The translations under genes were made by a program, and so were the position numbers. Shown piece after piece: positions 30,495 to 41,225 of a stretch of 64,000 nucleotides of DNA. Where the stretch lies: NCBI GenBank assembly GCA_963847605.1, contig CAWKAM010000001.1:78351-142350 (forward strand), given 5' to 3'. The notes below the pieces were generated by a model. The model was not told the origin of the DNA. It saw nothing but the letters and a program-made list of their open reading frames with translations, and made no database searches. Positions within the stretch are counted from its first letter, which is position 1, and each line of letters opens with the position of its first letter. Origin of the DNA: an uncultured delta proteobacterium. GTDB taxonomy: Bacteria > Desulfobacterota > Desulfomonilia > UBA1062.

Positions 30495-30962
30495 ATGTCG
30501 GAAGAGAAGCTTACCTTGGGAGAATATTTCAAAAGGGAGAGGGAAAGAAAAGGAATCGATCTCAAAGAGATCGAGGAGAGGACCAAGATCTCGGCCCAGA
30601 CCCTCATATTTCTTGAGGAAGACCAGCTTGACATGCTCCCGCCCAGGACGTTTCTGAGAGGGTTCCTCCGCGTTATCAGCAAGGAATTTCATTTTGATGA
30701 AGAGGAACTCCTGGCGCATCTGGAAGAGACCCTGGCATCACATGAGCAAAAGAACAAGCAGGCAAAGGTTGAGTCCTATCGCAACAAACCGGCAATGCCC
30801 CTGATGCTGATCATTATTGCAGCCGTCCTGATCGCCATTGTCATCTTCGCCGTCTCGTTAAGGAGGTGCGGACAGGCGCCTCAGGGAGACCTGAAGACCA
30901 GTAATCTGTCTCAGGTCTATGCCTCCACGTGCCTGGAGGAAGCCTACATCTCCCCTTCATGA
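30495..30962 (+). CDS. RodZ-like HTH (XRE-type) membrane protein
   Basis: N-terminal HTH (LTLGEYFKRERERKGIDLKEIEERTKISAQTLIFLEED) plus a single TM segment (PLMLIIIAAVLIAIVIFAV). Confidence 0.6.
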   Translation: MSEEKLTLGEYFKRERERKGIDLKEIEERTKISAQTLIFLEEDQLDMLPPRTFLRGFLRVISKEFHFDEEELLAHLEETLASHEQKNKQAKVESYRNKPAMPLMLIIIAAVLIAIVIFAVSLRRCGQAPQGDLKTSNLSQVYASTCLEEAYISPS

Positions 30963-31004
30963 AGCGCTGTAAACCTTACTGATATTCTCTAAAGCAGGCC
31001 ATAA

Positions 31005-31715
31005 ATGCCGCGTTACTCTACTGAGGCTATCATACTGCATACCAATGATTTCCTTGAGTCGGATAAGATCGTTCATGCCCTGACCAGGGACCAGGGGCTC
31101 ATTACCGCCATCGCCAAAGGGGCACACCGGAGCAAGAAGAGATTTCCGGGGACACTGGAACCCTTCTGCGAGGTGACATTACAGGTCCACCGCGGGCGCG
31201 GCTCTGATTTGCAGCGTATTGAGTCGGCGGTGCTGATCAATGCGAATCTTGGTATACGCGAGGACCTCTCGCTGCTGGGCCATTCGGCGGTGCTTCTGGA
31301 GGTGGTCAAGGAGAACCTCGGGCCCTATGACCCAGCGCCTACTACCTATGAATGCCTGCGTAACGCCCTTTCGGGCATGGACCCCAGCAGGCAGTGGTTT
31401 CCGTTGTGGAGCATCTCCATGGTGAATATTCTGCGTTCCCTTGGTTACGGCATTGATTTTGATTCCTTGGCACAGGGCATGGACCGCTCTAGCAATGGCA
31501 CACGGCGAATACGCCTTTCTCCAGAGGCCTGCATGTTCCTTGAGAAGGGATCCTGTTTGGATAAGGATGTCCTTTCCAGAGTAAGTGTGAGCTCACAGGC
31601 CAGGAGGGAAATCACCTCATACCTGCTGCGCCTGTGCTCAAAGGTATCCGAGAGGCCGCTTAAGGCCGCAATGTTCCTGGCAAAGCTGCTTGACCTGGAT
31701 ATGAACCAATGCTAG
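31005..31715 (+). CDS. recO: DNA repair protein RecO
   Basis: N-terminal OB-fold sequence [47 protein letters not shown]. 236 aa. Confidence 0.85.
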   Translation: MPRYSTEAIILHTNDFLESDKIVHALTRDQGLITAIAKGAHRSKKRFPGTLEPFCEVTLQVHRGRGSDLQRIESAVLINANLGIREDLSLLGHSAVLLEVVKENLGPYDPAPTTYECLRNALSGMDPSRQWFPLWSISMVNILRSLGYGIDFDSLAQGMDRSSNGTRRIRLSPEACMFLEKGSCLDKDVLSRVSVSSQARREITSYLLRLCSKVSERPLKAAMFLAKLLDLDMNQC

Positions 31716-31726
31716 ATGAGGTGAGC

Positions 31727-32583
<857 letters not shown>

Positions 32584-32587
<4 letters not shown>

Positions 32588-34659
32588 TGGCGAGGACACT
32601 CCTTTTTGAGATCGGCACCGAAGAGATTCCCTCGGGTTTTATTGTCCCTGCATTGAACTTCATGAAGGCCTCCATTACGGAGAAGTTCTCTGCCCTCAAG
32701 CTTGGACATGATACGGTACAGATGTTCTCTACACCCAGGCGGCTGGCCATGAGGATATCGGGTCTGGTTGAGACCCTGCCTGATGCAGTGGAAACCAAGA
32801 TGGGCCCGCCCAAGGGCATTGCATATGACAAGGATGGCAACCCCACCAAGGCAGGCCTCGGATTTGCGCAGACCTGCGGGGTGGACATCTCTGAGGTCAG
32901 CATTGCCAAGACACCCAAGGGAGAGTACCTTTCAGTCACCAAGACCATACCCGGGAAACCCATGATTGAGGTACTGCCGGGGATATTTGAAGAAATGATC
33001 GGGAAGATCCCGTTTACCAAAACCATGCGCTGGTCGAATCCGGATGTAAGGTTTGCCCGGCCTGTACACTGGATCCTCTCTCTGTTCGGCAAGGATGTCC
33101 TGAGCGTGAAGTTCGGCAACATAAATGCAGGCAGGTTCACCTATGGCAACAGGTTTATGGCCAAGGGACCAATCGAAGTCAAAGATCCTTCTGACTACGA
33201 GCAGCTCCTGGAGAAGGACTATGTCATCCCTGACCTGGAAAAGCGAAAAACAGCCATCTGGAAGGCCGTGGGTGACCAGGCCAAAAAGATCGACGCCGAG
33301 GTCCTGGACAAGGACCTGCTCGATGAGGTGGTGAACCTGCTGGAATACCCCCACCCCATCATCGGCACCTTTGATGAGGCATTCCTCAACCTTCCCATAG
33401 AGGTCTTGGTTACGGTGATGAAGCACCACCAGAGATACTTCCCCATGTATGCGGCCGGCGACGGCTCCAAACTCAAGGCCTCGTTCGGCGCCTTCAGCAA
33501 TATCGTGCCCAAGGACGACTCAGTGGTGAGGACCGGCAATGAGAGGGTCCTCAAGGCTCGACTGGATGATGCGAAATACTTCTTCGATGAGGACCTCAAG
33601 GTGCCCTTGAAGGTCTATGCCGACAGACTCAAGGACGTGATCTTCCATAAAGACCTGGGGACCTCCTATGAAAAGGTAGAGCGATTCAGCCAGGTAGCAC
33701 TTTCACTGGCTGACAGGCTCGCACCGGACAAGAAGGATAAGGTTAAAGAGGCGGCATATCTTTGCAAGGGAGACCTCAACAGCCTCATGGTGGGCGAGCT
33801 GCCCGAGCTCCAGGGGATCATGGGAAGGGAATACGCCCTCCGGCAGGGCATCGATCCAGAGGTTGCCTGTGCCATCCGGGAGCACTATCTGCCCGCATCC
33901 GCTGAAGACAAACTGCCTTCGGATGTAGTGGGAGACATAATCGGCATTGCCGACCGGATCGATACTATCTGCGGCTGCTTCGGCATCGGTATGGTCCCTT
34001 CCGGCACCTCTGACCCATATGCTCTGCGCAGGCAGACTATTGCCATTGAGAACATCGTGCTGGGTAAGGGCTACCGCATTTCCATTTCGTGGCTTGTTGA
34101 GGAGTCGCTTAAGCAGCTCAATGCCAAACTGAAAAGGCCGGTCCAAGAGGCAAGGAATGATACAATCGCATTTTTTGCAAACCGCTTTGTATCTCTTCTT
34201 CAGGGAAAGGGCATCCCCGGTGATGTAATCGAGTCCGTTATCGGGACCTTTGATGACCCGGTGGACACCTTTCAGCGGGCGCAGGCCTTGGCAACCATGC
34301 GCAAGGAACCGTGGTTCGAGTCCATCTGCGCGGCAAGCAAGCGGGTGGAGAATATCCTCAAGAAGGCAGCCACACATGCAAAGGTAAATCCTGACCTCTT
34401 TGCCCAGGACGAAGAGAAGGCCCTCCATAAGGCCTTCCAGACCATGGAGGGTGCATTTACCGCCCATACGCAGAAGGGCGAGTACACAGATGCCTTGAAG
34501 CTGCTTGCAGGCCTCAAAGAGCCCATTGACAGCTTCTTCGAGAAGGTGCTCGTCATGAGCGAAGATGTGGCGGTCCGTGAGAACCGCATTGCATTACTGA
34601 AGGGACTTGTCTTGCTGTTCGATAAGGTGGCAAAGTTCTCAAAGATTTCTACGCAGTAG
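32584..34659 (+). CDS. glyS: glycine--tRNA ligase beta subunit
   Basis: 691 aa. Overlaps glyQ by 4 nt. Has the typical GlyS N-terminal domain and anticodon-binding C-terminus. Confidence 0.9.
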
Positions 34660-34664
34660 TAATC

Positions 34665-35744
34665 ATGAAAAAGTCCCATCCCGCAGAGGGTATCAGGAGG
34701 CGGCCTGAGGCATCGAGCAAGGCCGATATGAGGGATGCCTTCTCCATTGATGTAGATCGCATTCTTCACTCCCAGGCCTATACATCCTACATCGACAAGA
34801 CCCAAGTGTTCTATCTTGTGGGGCACCAGGGTATATCCCACCGGGTAATTCATGTGCAGCTGCTGTCCCGCATCGCCAGGACGATCGGCAGAAAGCTGGG
34901 GCTCAATGATGATCTCATCGAGGCCGTCGCCATCGGCCATGACATCGGACACCCGCCCTTCGGCCATGACGGCGAGCATTACTTAGACGAACTCTGCATA
35001 GATGCCGGCATCGGGCCATTCCGCCACAATCTCCAGGCTATCCAAGCCCTTGAGCGCATCGAGAAGGCGGGCTTAGGCCTGAATCTTTCATTACAGGTTC
35101 TTGATGGTATCCTCTGCCACAACGGCGAGATGACCGAGCAGTCCGTCTCACCCGTGAAAGGGGTGACCTTCGAGGCTTTGGACCGGAAGATGCACGCTGC
35201 ACTCAAGGGAGAAAGCCCTTTGCCCATGACAATGGAAGGTTGCCTGGTAAGAGTTGCCGACACGGTGAGCTACATCGGAAGAGACATCGAAGACGCCATA
35301 TCGCTCGGCATCATCTCAAGAAATGAGCTCCCGAATGCTGTGGTACGCGTGCTAGGCGATACCAATGGCAAGATCGTCTATACCCTGGTGGAAGACCTTG
35401 CCCGGCATTCTACAGGAGAGGTTATTGTATATTCCCCACGGATCTTCAAGGCACTTATGGCCTTGAAGGAATTCAACTACGTGAAGATCTACACCAACCC
35501 TTTGGTCAAGGTGGAGTCGACTAAGATCAAGGCCATGTATTCGCTTGTATTCTTCCGCCTCGTGGAAGACGTTGTAGAAAAAGATCAATCTTCACCGGTC
35601 TTCATAAACTTCCTGAACAGGCTTGGCGAGCGGTACCTCCACACCCATAATCCTTTCGAGATGGTGAGGGATTTCATCGCAGGGTTGACCGATTCCGCTT
35701 TCCTGCGACTCTTCACAGAACTGTTTGTGCCAAGGGTGTTATAA
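34665..35744 (+). CDS. dGTP triphosphohydrolase-like HD-domain protein
   Basis: HD motif region ...HVQLLSRIARTIGRKLGLNDDLIEAVAIGHDIGHPPFGH. 359 aa. Confidence 0.85.
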   Translation: MKKSHPAEGIRRRPEASSKADMRDAFSIDVDRILHSQAYTSYIDKTQVFYLVGHQGISHRVIHVQLLSRIARTIGRKLGLNDDLIEAVAIGHDIGHPPFGHDGEHYLDELCIDAGIGPFRHNLQAIQALERIEKAGLGLNLSLQVLDGILCHNGEMTEQSVSPVKGVTFEALDRKMHAALKGESPLPMTMEGCLVRVADTVSYIGRDIEDAISLGIISRNELPNAVVRVLGDTNGKIVYTLVEDLARHSTGEVIVYSPRIFKALMALKEFNYVKIYTNPLVKVESTKIKAMYSLVFFRLVEDVVEKDQSSPVFINFLNRLGERYLHTHNPFEMVRDFIAGLTDSAFLRLFTELFVPRVL

Positions 35745-35950
35745 AAAAGGAGTTTAGATATAAAAAGAAACCAATATTTTTGATGATCCTGAAGAAAATA
35801 ACTTGCTGTATATTGAATTCAAGTATATTTAGGCATAATATGTGAAAATAAGGATTAGTTATAGTAGAAAAACTCTGGAACAAATATGTTTATGTTAATA
35901 AATTGATATAGTTTAGATGATCAAACCGATTGAAAATATCCAGGAAGAAG

Positions 35951-36010
35951 AACAATCATAATAGAAATGAATACACAAATTAAATAGTGAGGGAAATATG
36001 AGTGTAAGAG
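35951..36010 (+). repeat. left copy of an imperfect ~50-bp direct repeat (promoter/RBS/start-codon region of the RHH gene)
   Basis: Core 35961-36008 is ~80% identical to 36861-36908. Both copies end in ...GGAAA-ATGAGT..AAG. Confidence 0.6.
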
Positions 36011-36237
36011 GAAGGAAACCGCTAGAACTGAGAAGTGGTGATAAAAATGTTAAGCTCATTAAGAGAAACTACTACATCGAGGAGCGATACGCAAAGGCCC
36101 TTACAGTACTTTCTGCTTTGACGGGAAAAGAGCTGTCACTCCTTGTGAATGAGGCAATCGGCGGCTTAATTAAAAAGTATCAACCCATGACGGATATCGA
36201 CCTTCTCAAATTGAAAGCGATTAAGAAAGAGGATTAA
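35998..36237 (+). CDS. small ribbon-helix-helix (CopG/Arc-like) putative DNA-binding protein
   Basis: 79 aa. The pattern VKLIKRNYYIEERYAKALTVLSALTGKELSLLVNEAIGGLIKKY fits beta-strand-helix-helix. RBS GAGGG upstream. Sits in the AT-rich islet. Confidence 0.45.
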   Translation: MSVRGRKPLELRSGDKNVKLIKRNYYIEERYAKALTVLSALTGKELSLLVNEAIGGLIKKYQPMTDIDLLKLKAIKKED

Positions 36238-36273
36238 CTTGCATAGTCCAGAAGCAAGCCCTGATACAATTAA

Positions 36274-36549
36274 GTGGTGGATATCACTTCACCATTCATT
36301 CGAAAAGTCTCATCGGAATACCTCGGGTTTACCCCTCATGAGATCCTGGTTGCATCCTTGATTAAAGAAGGAAAAAGCTCAAAGGAAATTGCAGAACTCT
36401 TGAATATATCACTTAATACCGTCCATACTTACCGGTATAAGATTCGCATAAAAACAGGCTTGAAAAACAATAAGGTAAATCTGAGGTCTTATTTACAGAC
36501 TTTTAGGATAGGAGAGGCCTTCTCAATATTAGTGACAATCGATCACTAA
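36274..36549 (+). CDS. stand-alone LuxR/GerE-type HTH transcription regulator
   Basis: FTPHEILVASLIKEGKSSKEIAELLNISLNTVHTYRYKIRIKTGL matches the LuxR C-terminal HTH consensus. Has a GTG start and no receiver or ligand domain. Confidence 0.6.
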   Translation: MVDITSPFIRKVSSEYLGFTPHEILVASLIKEGKSSKEIAELLNISLNTVHTYRYKIRIKTGLKNNKVNLRSYLQTFRIGEAFSILVTIDH

Positions 36550-36629
36550 TATATAACCTATCTTTCATTATCGACAGTTGTTTCCTTCTATTACATAATT
36601 ATCTTTAATTGCATAGCCAAGGATGCATT

Positions 36630-36890
36630 ATGAAAGAGAAAAAATTCTGGGACAGATTATGTGAATATCAGGAAATAACCATCCTTGAGATGATGGAATT
36701 GATTGCTGATTTCCGAGAAGAAGCGAAACAGGCAGGGAAAAAGATGTCTGTGCTGATCATGGACGAGTTATATAATAAATGTAATTTGATCCTCCTGCAA
36801 AATAGCGTCCTTCATTACTACTCAATATCAAAGGATTTTCATCTCACTAGTCCAACAACAATGGAAATGAATGCACAAATTAAACAATGA
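36630..36890 (+). CDS. hypothetical small protein (86 aa)
   Basis: ATG at 36630 is 6 nt after AAGGA. No recognisable motif. Its 3' end overlaps the right repeat copy. Confidence 0.35.
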   Translation: MKEKKFWDRLCEYQEITILEMMELIADFREEAKQAGKKMSVLIMDELYNKCNLILLQNSVLHYYSISKDFHLTSPTTMEMNAQIKQ

Positions 36891-36910
36891 TAGGAAAATG
36901 AGTACAAGCT
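36851..36910 (+). repeat. right copy of the imperfect direct repeat, carrying a truncated start (ATGAGTACAAGCTGA, MSTS*)
   Basis: See the left copy. Aligned by eye. Confidence 0.6.
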
Positions 36911-36942
36911 GAACAAGATATTAGTATCCCTCGTACAATAGA

Positions 36943-38280
36943 TTAGTTCCACGTCCTCTCATCAACCAACAGTTTGGCGTCATCCTTAAGGCTTCTTGGT
37001 TCAAGGAACTCAACAGCATCGACCTTGACAGTGCAGATTTCCTGAAAGACCTTTTCGAACTGCAACTGGAGTGCCGGGCGGTCTATGTCAACACCCCTGT
37101 TGTCGAGCCTAGCGGTCAGGATGTCCCGGTGGCCGGAGCGGGTGATGACGAGTTGGACACCAATCCCTTCGAAGCCCGCACAGACCCTTTTCACCTGGCT
37201 TGGGGCGACGAACATGCCCCGCACCTTAACGGCATCGCCCACCCTTCCTGCAATACCTGCGAGCCGTAATGATGTCCTGCCGCAGGGGCAGGGCTCTTCG
37301 ATGATGCTTGAAAGGTCGCCAGTGCCGAAGCGCAACAAGAAAAAGATGTGATTCAGACGTGTTACAACAACTTCGCCCAGTTCACCAGGATTTACATGCA
37401 TACCCGTTGCAGGGTCCACGATCTCAACAATCACTTCCTCGCACAGGTGCCAGCCCTTTTTCGCAGGGCACTCATACGCCACATCACCGACCTCTGTGGC
37501 GCCGTACATCTGGAAGGTGTCAATGCCAAATTCGGTCTCGAACCGCTGCCTTAGGGACGGCTGGAGCGGTTCGGCAGCAAAGCTGGCACGCTTGACTTTG
37601 AAATCTTTTGAGAAATCAAACCCCATTTCTCGCGCTTTGTCGATGATGGACATGAGGAAGCTCGGCGTTCCGGTATAACCGGTGATATTCAAATCTTTGA
37701 TGAGCTGCACCTGCTGCTGGGAGGTTGAGGTGCCTGAGGGGACCACTGTTGCGCCCACCATGTTGAGTCCTCCATGAAATGTGAGCCCGGCTGCCACCAT
37801 ATGGTAAGAGAAGGCGTTCAGAACAGTGTCGCCTTTAGTAAATCCGGCTGCCTTGTAAGCCCTGGCCCACAGCGGGTCATCAGAGCCAAGATGAGGTTCA
37901 TAGACCGGCCCAGGGGAGATGAAGATACGCTCGATGTGCGCATCAGGATCAGCAAGACCGCCATAGGGAGGATTCTGGGCCTCGATACCTACAATCTGTT
38001 CCCGCGAAACAATGGGGAGCTTCTCTAGGTCCTGTACAGTCTGGATATCTACAGGTTTCAAACCGCGATCCTGTAAGACGGACCTGAGCTTGGGAGACCT
38101 CTCAAAGCCGGTACGTACCATTTCGGCCAGCCGCTTGTCCTGATATGACTGACGCTCTGAGCGGGACATGGTTTCGAGATCATCAAGATACGTGCTCACA
38201 ACATCCTCCTTAAAAAATAGGCATGGTGCTATTGGCGTTAGGTGCGAGGTTAAGAGAATATATCTCTCTTCCTTAACCAA
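36943..38280 (-). CDS. phenylacetate--CoA ligase family protein (PaaK-like / F390-synthetase-like adenylate-forming enzyme)
   Basis: 445 aa. PaaK-type core (…TGYTGTPSF…, …YGATEVG…). Last gene of the Liv-type ABC operon. Confidence 0.85.
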   Translation of the reverse strand: MVKEERYILLTSHLTPIAPCLFFKEDVVSTYLDDLETMSRSERQSYQDKRLAEMVRTGFERSPKLRSVLQDRGLKPVDIQTVQDLEKLPIVSREQIVGIEAQNPPYGGLADPDAHIERIFISPGPVYEPHLGSDDPLWARAYKAAGFTKGDTVLNAFSYHMVAAGLTFHGGLNMVGATVVPSGTSTSQQQVQLIKDLNITGYTGTPSFLMSIIDKAREMGFDFSKDFKVKRASFAAEPLQPSLRQRFETEFGIDTFQMYGATEVGDVAYECPAKKGWHLCEEVIVEIVDPATGMHVNPGELGEVVVTRLNHIFFLLRFGTGDLSSIIEEPCPCGRTSLRLAGIAGRVGDAVKVRGMFVAPSQVKRVCAGFEGIGVQLVITRSGHRDILTARLDNRGVDIDRPALQLQFEKVFQEICTVKVDAVEFLEPRSLKDDAKLLVDERTWN

Positions 38281-38302
38281 CAGGCCAGCGCCCAGCCCCT
38301 TT

Positions 38303-39115
38303 TTACAACCACCTCTTCCTTCGCTTGTATGACTTTACGTCCCGATACGACCGTGCTGCACCGCCTGCGCTCACACCCAGGTAGAACTCCTTTACATCCG
38401 GGTTTTCCTTCAGCTGCCCCGCTTCGCCCTCCATCACGACACGGCCGTTTTCCAGGACGTATCCGAAATGGGCGATCTGCAGGGCCATATTGGCATTCTG
38501 CTCTACCAGGATAATGGTGGTCCCCTGCTCCTCGTTGATCCGCTTGATGATCCGGAAGATCTCTTTCACAATAAGCGGTGCAAGACCGAGTGACGGCTCA
38601 TCCAGCAGGAGAAGCTTGGGGTGGGCCATGAGCGCCCTGCCCATGACAACCATTTGGAGCTCGCCGCCGCTGCAGTATCCGGCCAAAGTCTTCCTGCGCT
38701 TCACCAGGGTTGGGAAGTAATTGTAGACCATTTCTAGGTCCTTTTTATAAGGCTTGGTCCAACGCGTGGCCGTACCGACCCTCAGGTTTTCTTCGATAGT
38801 GAGGTATTTGAAGGGCTGCCTGCCCTCGAGGACCTGGATGATGCCGAGCCTGGTGATCTCTTCGGGTGAGAGATTCTGGACATGTTTGCCATTATAGATA
38901 ATATTGCCGTCCGTGACCTTGCCGTTTTCCGGTTTGAGTAGACCTGAGATGGCCTTGAGCGTCGTGGTCTTGCCTGCGCCGTTGCTGCCCAGGAGAGAGA
39001 TGATGCGGCTCCTCGGCACCTTCAGGGATACACCCTTGAGGACCTGGATGACATCTGAATAGACTACACTGATGTTGTTGAGCTGGAGCAGGGTGTCGGC
39101 GTTTAGGGCTTCCAA
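38303..39115 (-). CDS. livF: branched-chain amino acid-type ABC transporter ATP-binding protein (LivF-like)
   Basis: Walker A GSNGAGKTT, the ABC signature CSGGELQ and Walker B LLLDEP. Confidence 0.9.
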   Translation of the reverse strand: MEALNADTLLQLNNISVVYSDVIQVLKGVSLKVPRSRIISLLGSNGAGKTTTLKAISGLLKPENGKVTDGNIIYNGKHVQNLSPEEITRLGIIQVLEGRQPFKYLTIEENLRVGTATRWTKPYKKDLEMVYNYFPTLVKRRKTLAGYCSGGELQMVVMGRALMAHPKLLLLDEPSLGLAPLIVKEIFRIIKRINEEQGTTIILVEQNANMALQIAHFGYVLENGRVVMEGEAGQLKENPDVKEFYLGVSAGGAARSYRDVKSYKRRKRWL

Positions 39116-39124
39116 GTCGTCACC

Positions 39125-40195
39125 TCAGTATGAGAACGGCCATAATCTGAAGGAGGAACGCACGATTCTCCACAGTTCGGCAAGCCCCTTGGGCTCGAAG
39201 AGGATGAACAAAACAATGGCCAGCCCGAAGGCGAATTCGCGCAATGATGCTATGTTTAGTCCGAAGCCGTGGAAAGCCCCGATGTTCATCATGGCATCCG
39301 TGGCAAAGCGCAGGATCTCATTGAGGCCTGTGATGAACACCGCACCGAAGATGGAGCCGGGAATGCTGCCCAGCCCCCCGATGATGACCATGGCAATGTA
39401 TTCGACAGACAACCCCAGCGTGAAGGGTTCGGTGGAGATACTCTTCATGTAGAATGCCCAAAGGGCGCCTGCAAAACCTGCATAGAATGAGCTGACGGCA
39501 AAGGAGAGGAGCTTGTAGAAAAAAATGGGGATACCCATGCCCTCGGCCGCCCGGTCATTGTCCCTAATGGCAATGAAGGCCCTGCCGTACCGTGTGCGCA
39601 TGAAGTTTGATGCAACCAGGGTGGTACACACCAGGCATACGAAAATCACATAGAAAAATCGCATGTCCGAGTCAATGGCAAGGCCGAACAACGAGGCTGT
39701 AGGCAGCATGATGCCCATGGTCCCTTTGGTGAGGCTGTCCCAGTGCACCAGGATATATTCGATGATGAACTGGCCCGCCAGGGTTGCGATGGTAAGGTAT
39801 AGACCCTTGAGCCTGCCTGATGGGATGCCGAAGATCATGCCAACAAATGCCGTGACCAGGCCGGCAGCCGGCACGGCCACCCAGAAAGGCAGCCCCACGG
39901 TGGTGGCCAGGATGGCGCCGGCATATGCACCGACACCGAAGAATGCCCCGTGGCCCAGCGATATCTGGCCGGTAAACCCGACGAGGATGTTCAGGCCCAG
40001 TGCGGCGATGGCCGTGATGCCGGTGATGTTCAGGACATAGAGGAGGTATGGGCTGCAGATGAAGGGGACCACAGCAAAGAGGAACACCAGAGAGATGCAG
40101 GCCCACATCCTTCCGAAGTCGGTCTCAAAGATGGTGAGTTCCGCTCCGTAGTGTTCCTTGTAGTTCCCGCAGGGGTGGAATTGCAGCCGTTTCAT
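39125..40195 (-). CDS. livM: branched-chain amino acid-type ABC transporter permease (LivM-like)
   Basis: 356-aa polytopic membrane protein of the LivM permease family. Confidence 0.85.
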   Translation of the reverse strand: MKRLQFHPCGNYKEHYGAELTIFETDFGRMWACISLVFLFAVVPFICSPYLLYVLNITGITAIAALGLNILVGFTGQISLGHGAFFGVGAYAGAILATTVGLPFWVAVPAAGLVTAFVGMIFGIPSGRLKGLYLTIATLAGQFIIEYILVHWDSLTKGTMGIMLPTASLFGLAIDSDMRFFYVIFVCLVCTTLVASNFMRTRYGRAFIAIRDNDRAAEGMGIPIFFYKLLSFAVSSFYAGFAGALWAFYMKSISTEPFTLGLSVEYIAMVIIGGLGSIPGSIFGAVFITGLNEILRFATDAMMNIGAFHGFGLNIASLREFAFGLAIVLFILFEPKGLAELWRIVRSSFRLWPFSY

Positions 40196-40226
40196 GATGG
40201 AATTACCTCCGGCTGCGGGGATATTG

Positions 40227-40280
40227 CCCCCTCACCCTGTCCCTCTCCCCCTATCCGGGCGAGAGGGATGGGTGAGGGGG
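40227..40280. repeat. intra-operon ~20-bp GC-rich hairpin (REP-like) between livH and livM
   Basis: CCCCCTCACCCTGTCCCTCTC-ccccctatccgggc-GAGAGGGATGGGTGAGGGGG gives near-perfect inverted arms. Confidence 0.6.
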
Positions 40281-40329
40281 ACATGATCGCAGGGATGATT
40301 ATTCTCATAATTTCCATATCGGAATCTTC

Positions 40330-41208
40330 CTAGACCCTCTCGATCTCAACAAGCCCGAAGAGGCCGTACGGCTTCACGAGCAGGATGAACACCAGGATGA
40401 TATATGGGATCACATCGCGCAGCGATGGAGAGATGTATCCGGAGGTGAAGGTCTCCAGCAGTCCGATGATGATGCCGCCGATAATGGCCCCACCGATGCT
40501 GTCCAGCCCGCCCAGGATCACCACCGGGAAGACCTTCAGGCCGATCGAGCTTATTTCGTGAACATTTATGCCGTTGATGATCCCCAGCACGATACCGCTC
40601 ATGCCTGCCACCATTGCGGCAATGGCCCAGGAAAGGGCAAAGACCTTTTTCACGTGGACCCCCAGCGACAGGGCTGCCGTCTGATTATCGGCCACCGAGC
40701 GCATGTAGATGCCCTGGGAAGAGTACTTGAAGAAGAGCCCGAAGAGCAACAGGAAGACACCCCCCAGGAGCGAGGATGCCACATATACCGGCGGGATATA
40801 GATGTTGCCTATGGTAATGGCAAGGCCCTGCGGCAGGAAGTCGGGGTATGTCTGGAGGTTGCCGCCGAAGAAGAACAGGAGCAGGCCCTTGAACATGGAT
40901 GCCAGGCCTACGGTGAGCATGATGACAAAGATGAGAGACTCGCCGATTAGAGGCCTAAGGAAGATACGCTCCACTACAAAACCGAGCACAAAGCTGAAAG
41001 CCAGAGTGATGAGGAAGGCAAGGATCACCGGGACCTTGGCCCAGGATACCAGAACCAGGAACACGAAGGCCCCTATGGCAAGCAGTTGGCCATGGGCAAA
41101 GTTCAGCACGGATGACGACTTGAAGATCATGACAAAGCCCAGGGCGGACAGCCCATAGAGAAGACCGATGCTTAAGCCGTTGATGAGAAGCTGAAAGAAA
41201 AATTCCAT
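40330..41208 (-). CDS. livH: branched-chain amino acid-type ABC transporter permease (LivH-like)
   Basis: 292-aa membrane protein of the LivH permease family. Confidence 0.85.
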   Translation of the reverse strand: MEFFFQLLINGLSIGLLYGLSALGFVMIFKSSSVLNFAHGQLLAIGAFVFLVLVSWAKVPVILAFLITLAFSFVLGFVVERIFLRPLIGESLIFVIMLTVGLASMFKGLLLFFFGGNLQTYPDFLPQGLAITIGNIYIPPVYVASSLLGGVFLLLFGLFFKYSSQGIYMRSVADNQTAALSLGVHVKKVFALSWAIAAMVAGMSGIVLGIINGINVHEISSIGLKVFPVVILGGLDSIGGAIIGGIIIGLLETFTSGYISPSLRDVIPYIILVFILLVKPYGLFGLVEIERV

Positions 41209-41225
41209 GCCGTATCTCCAATACC

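Noticed and set aside
30404-30719. Several 70-100-aa ORFs on both strands around the RodZ-like gene start
   Set aside because: They overlap the well-supported HTH gene and the radical-SAM gene ends. They lack RBSs and motifs, as expected by chance in GC-rich DNA.
35745-36942. Toxin-antitoxin or defence cassette interpretation of the AT-rich islet
   Set aside because: The RHH protein could be an antitoxin, but no neighbouring ORF resembles a toxin, nuclease or defence ATPase. The evidence only supports small regulators.
37085-38028. Multiple 60-95-aa ORFs antisense to or out of frame with the PaaK-like gene
   Set aside because: They lie entirely within a confidently assigned minus-strand CDS. 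This is a GC-rich open-frame artefact.
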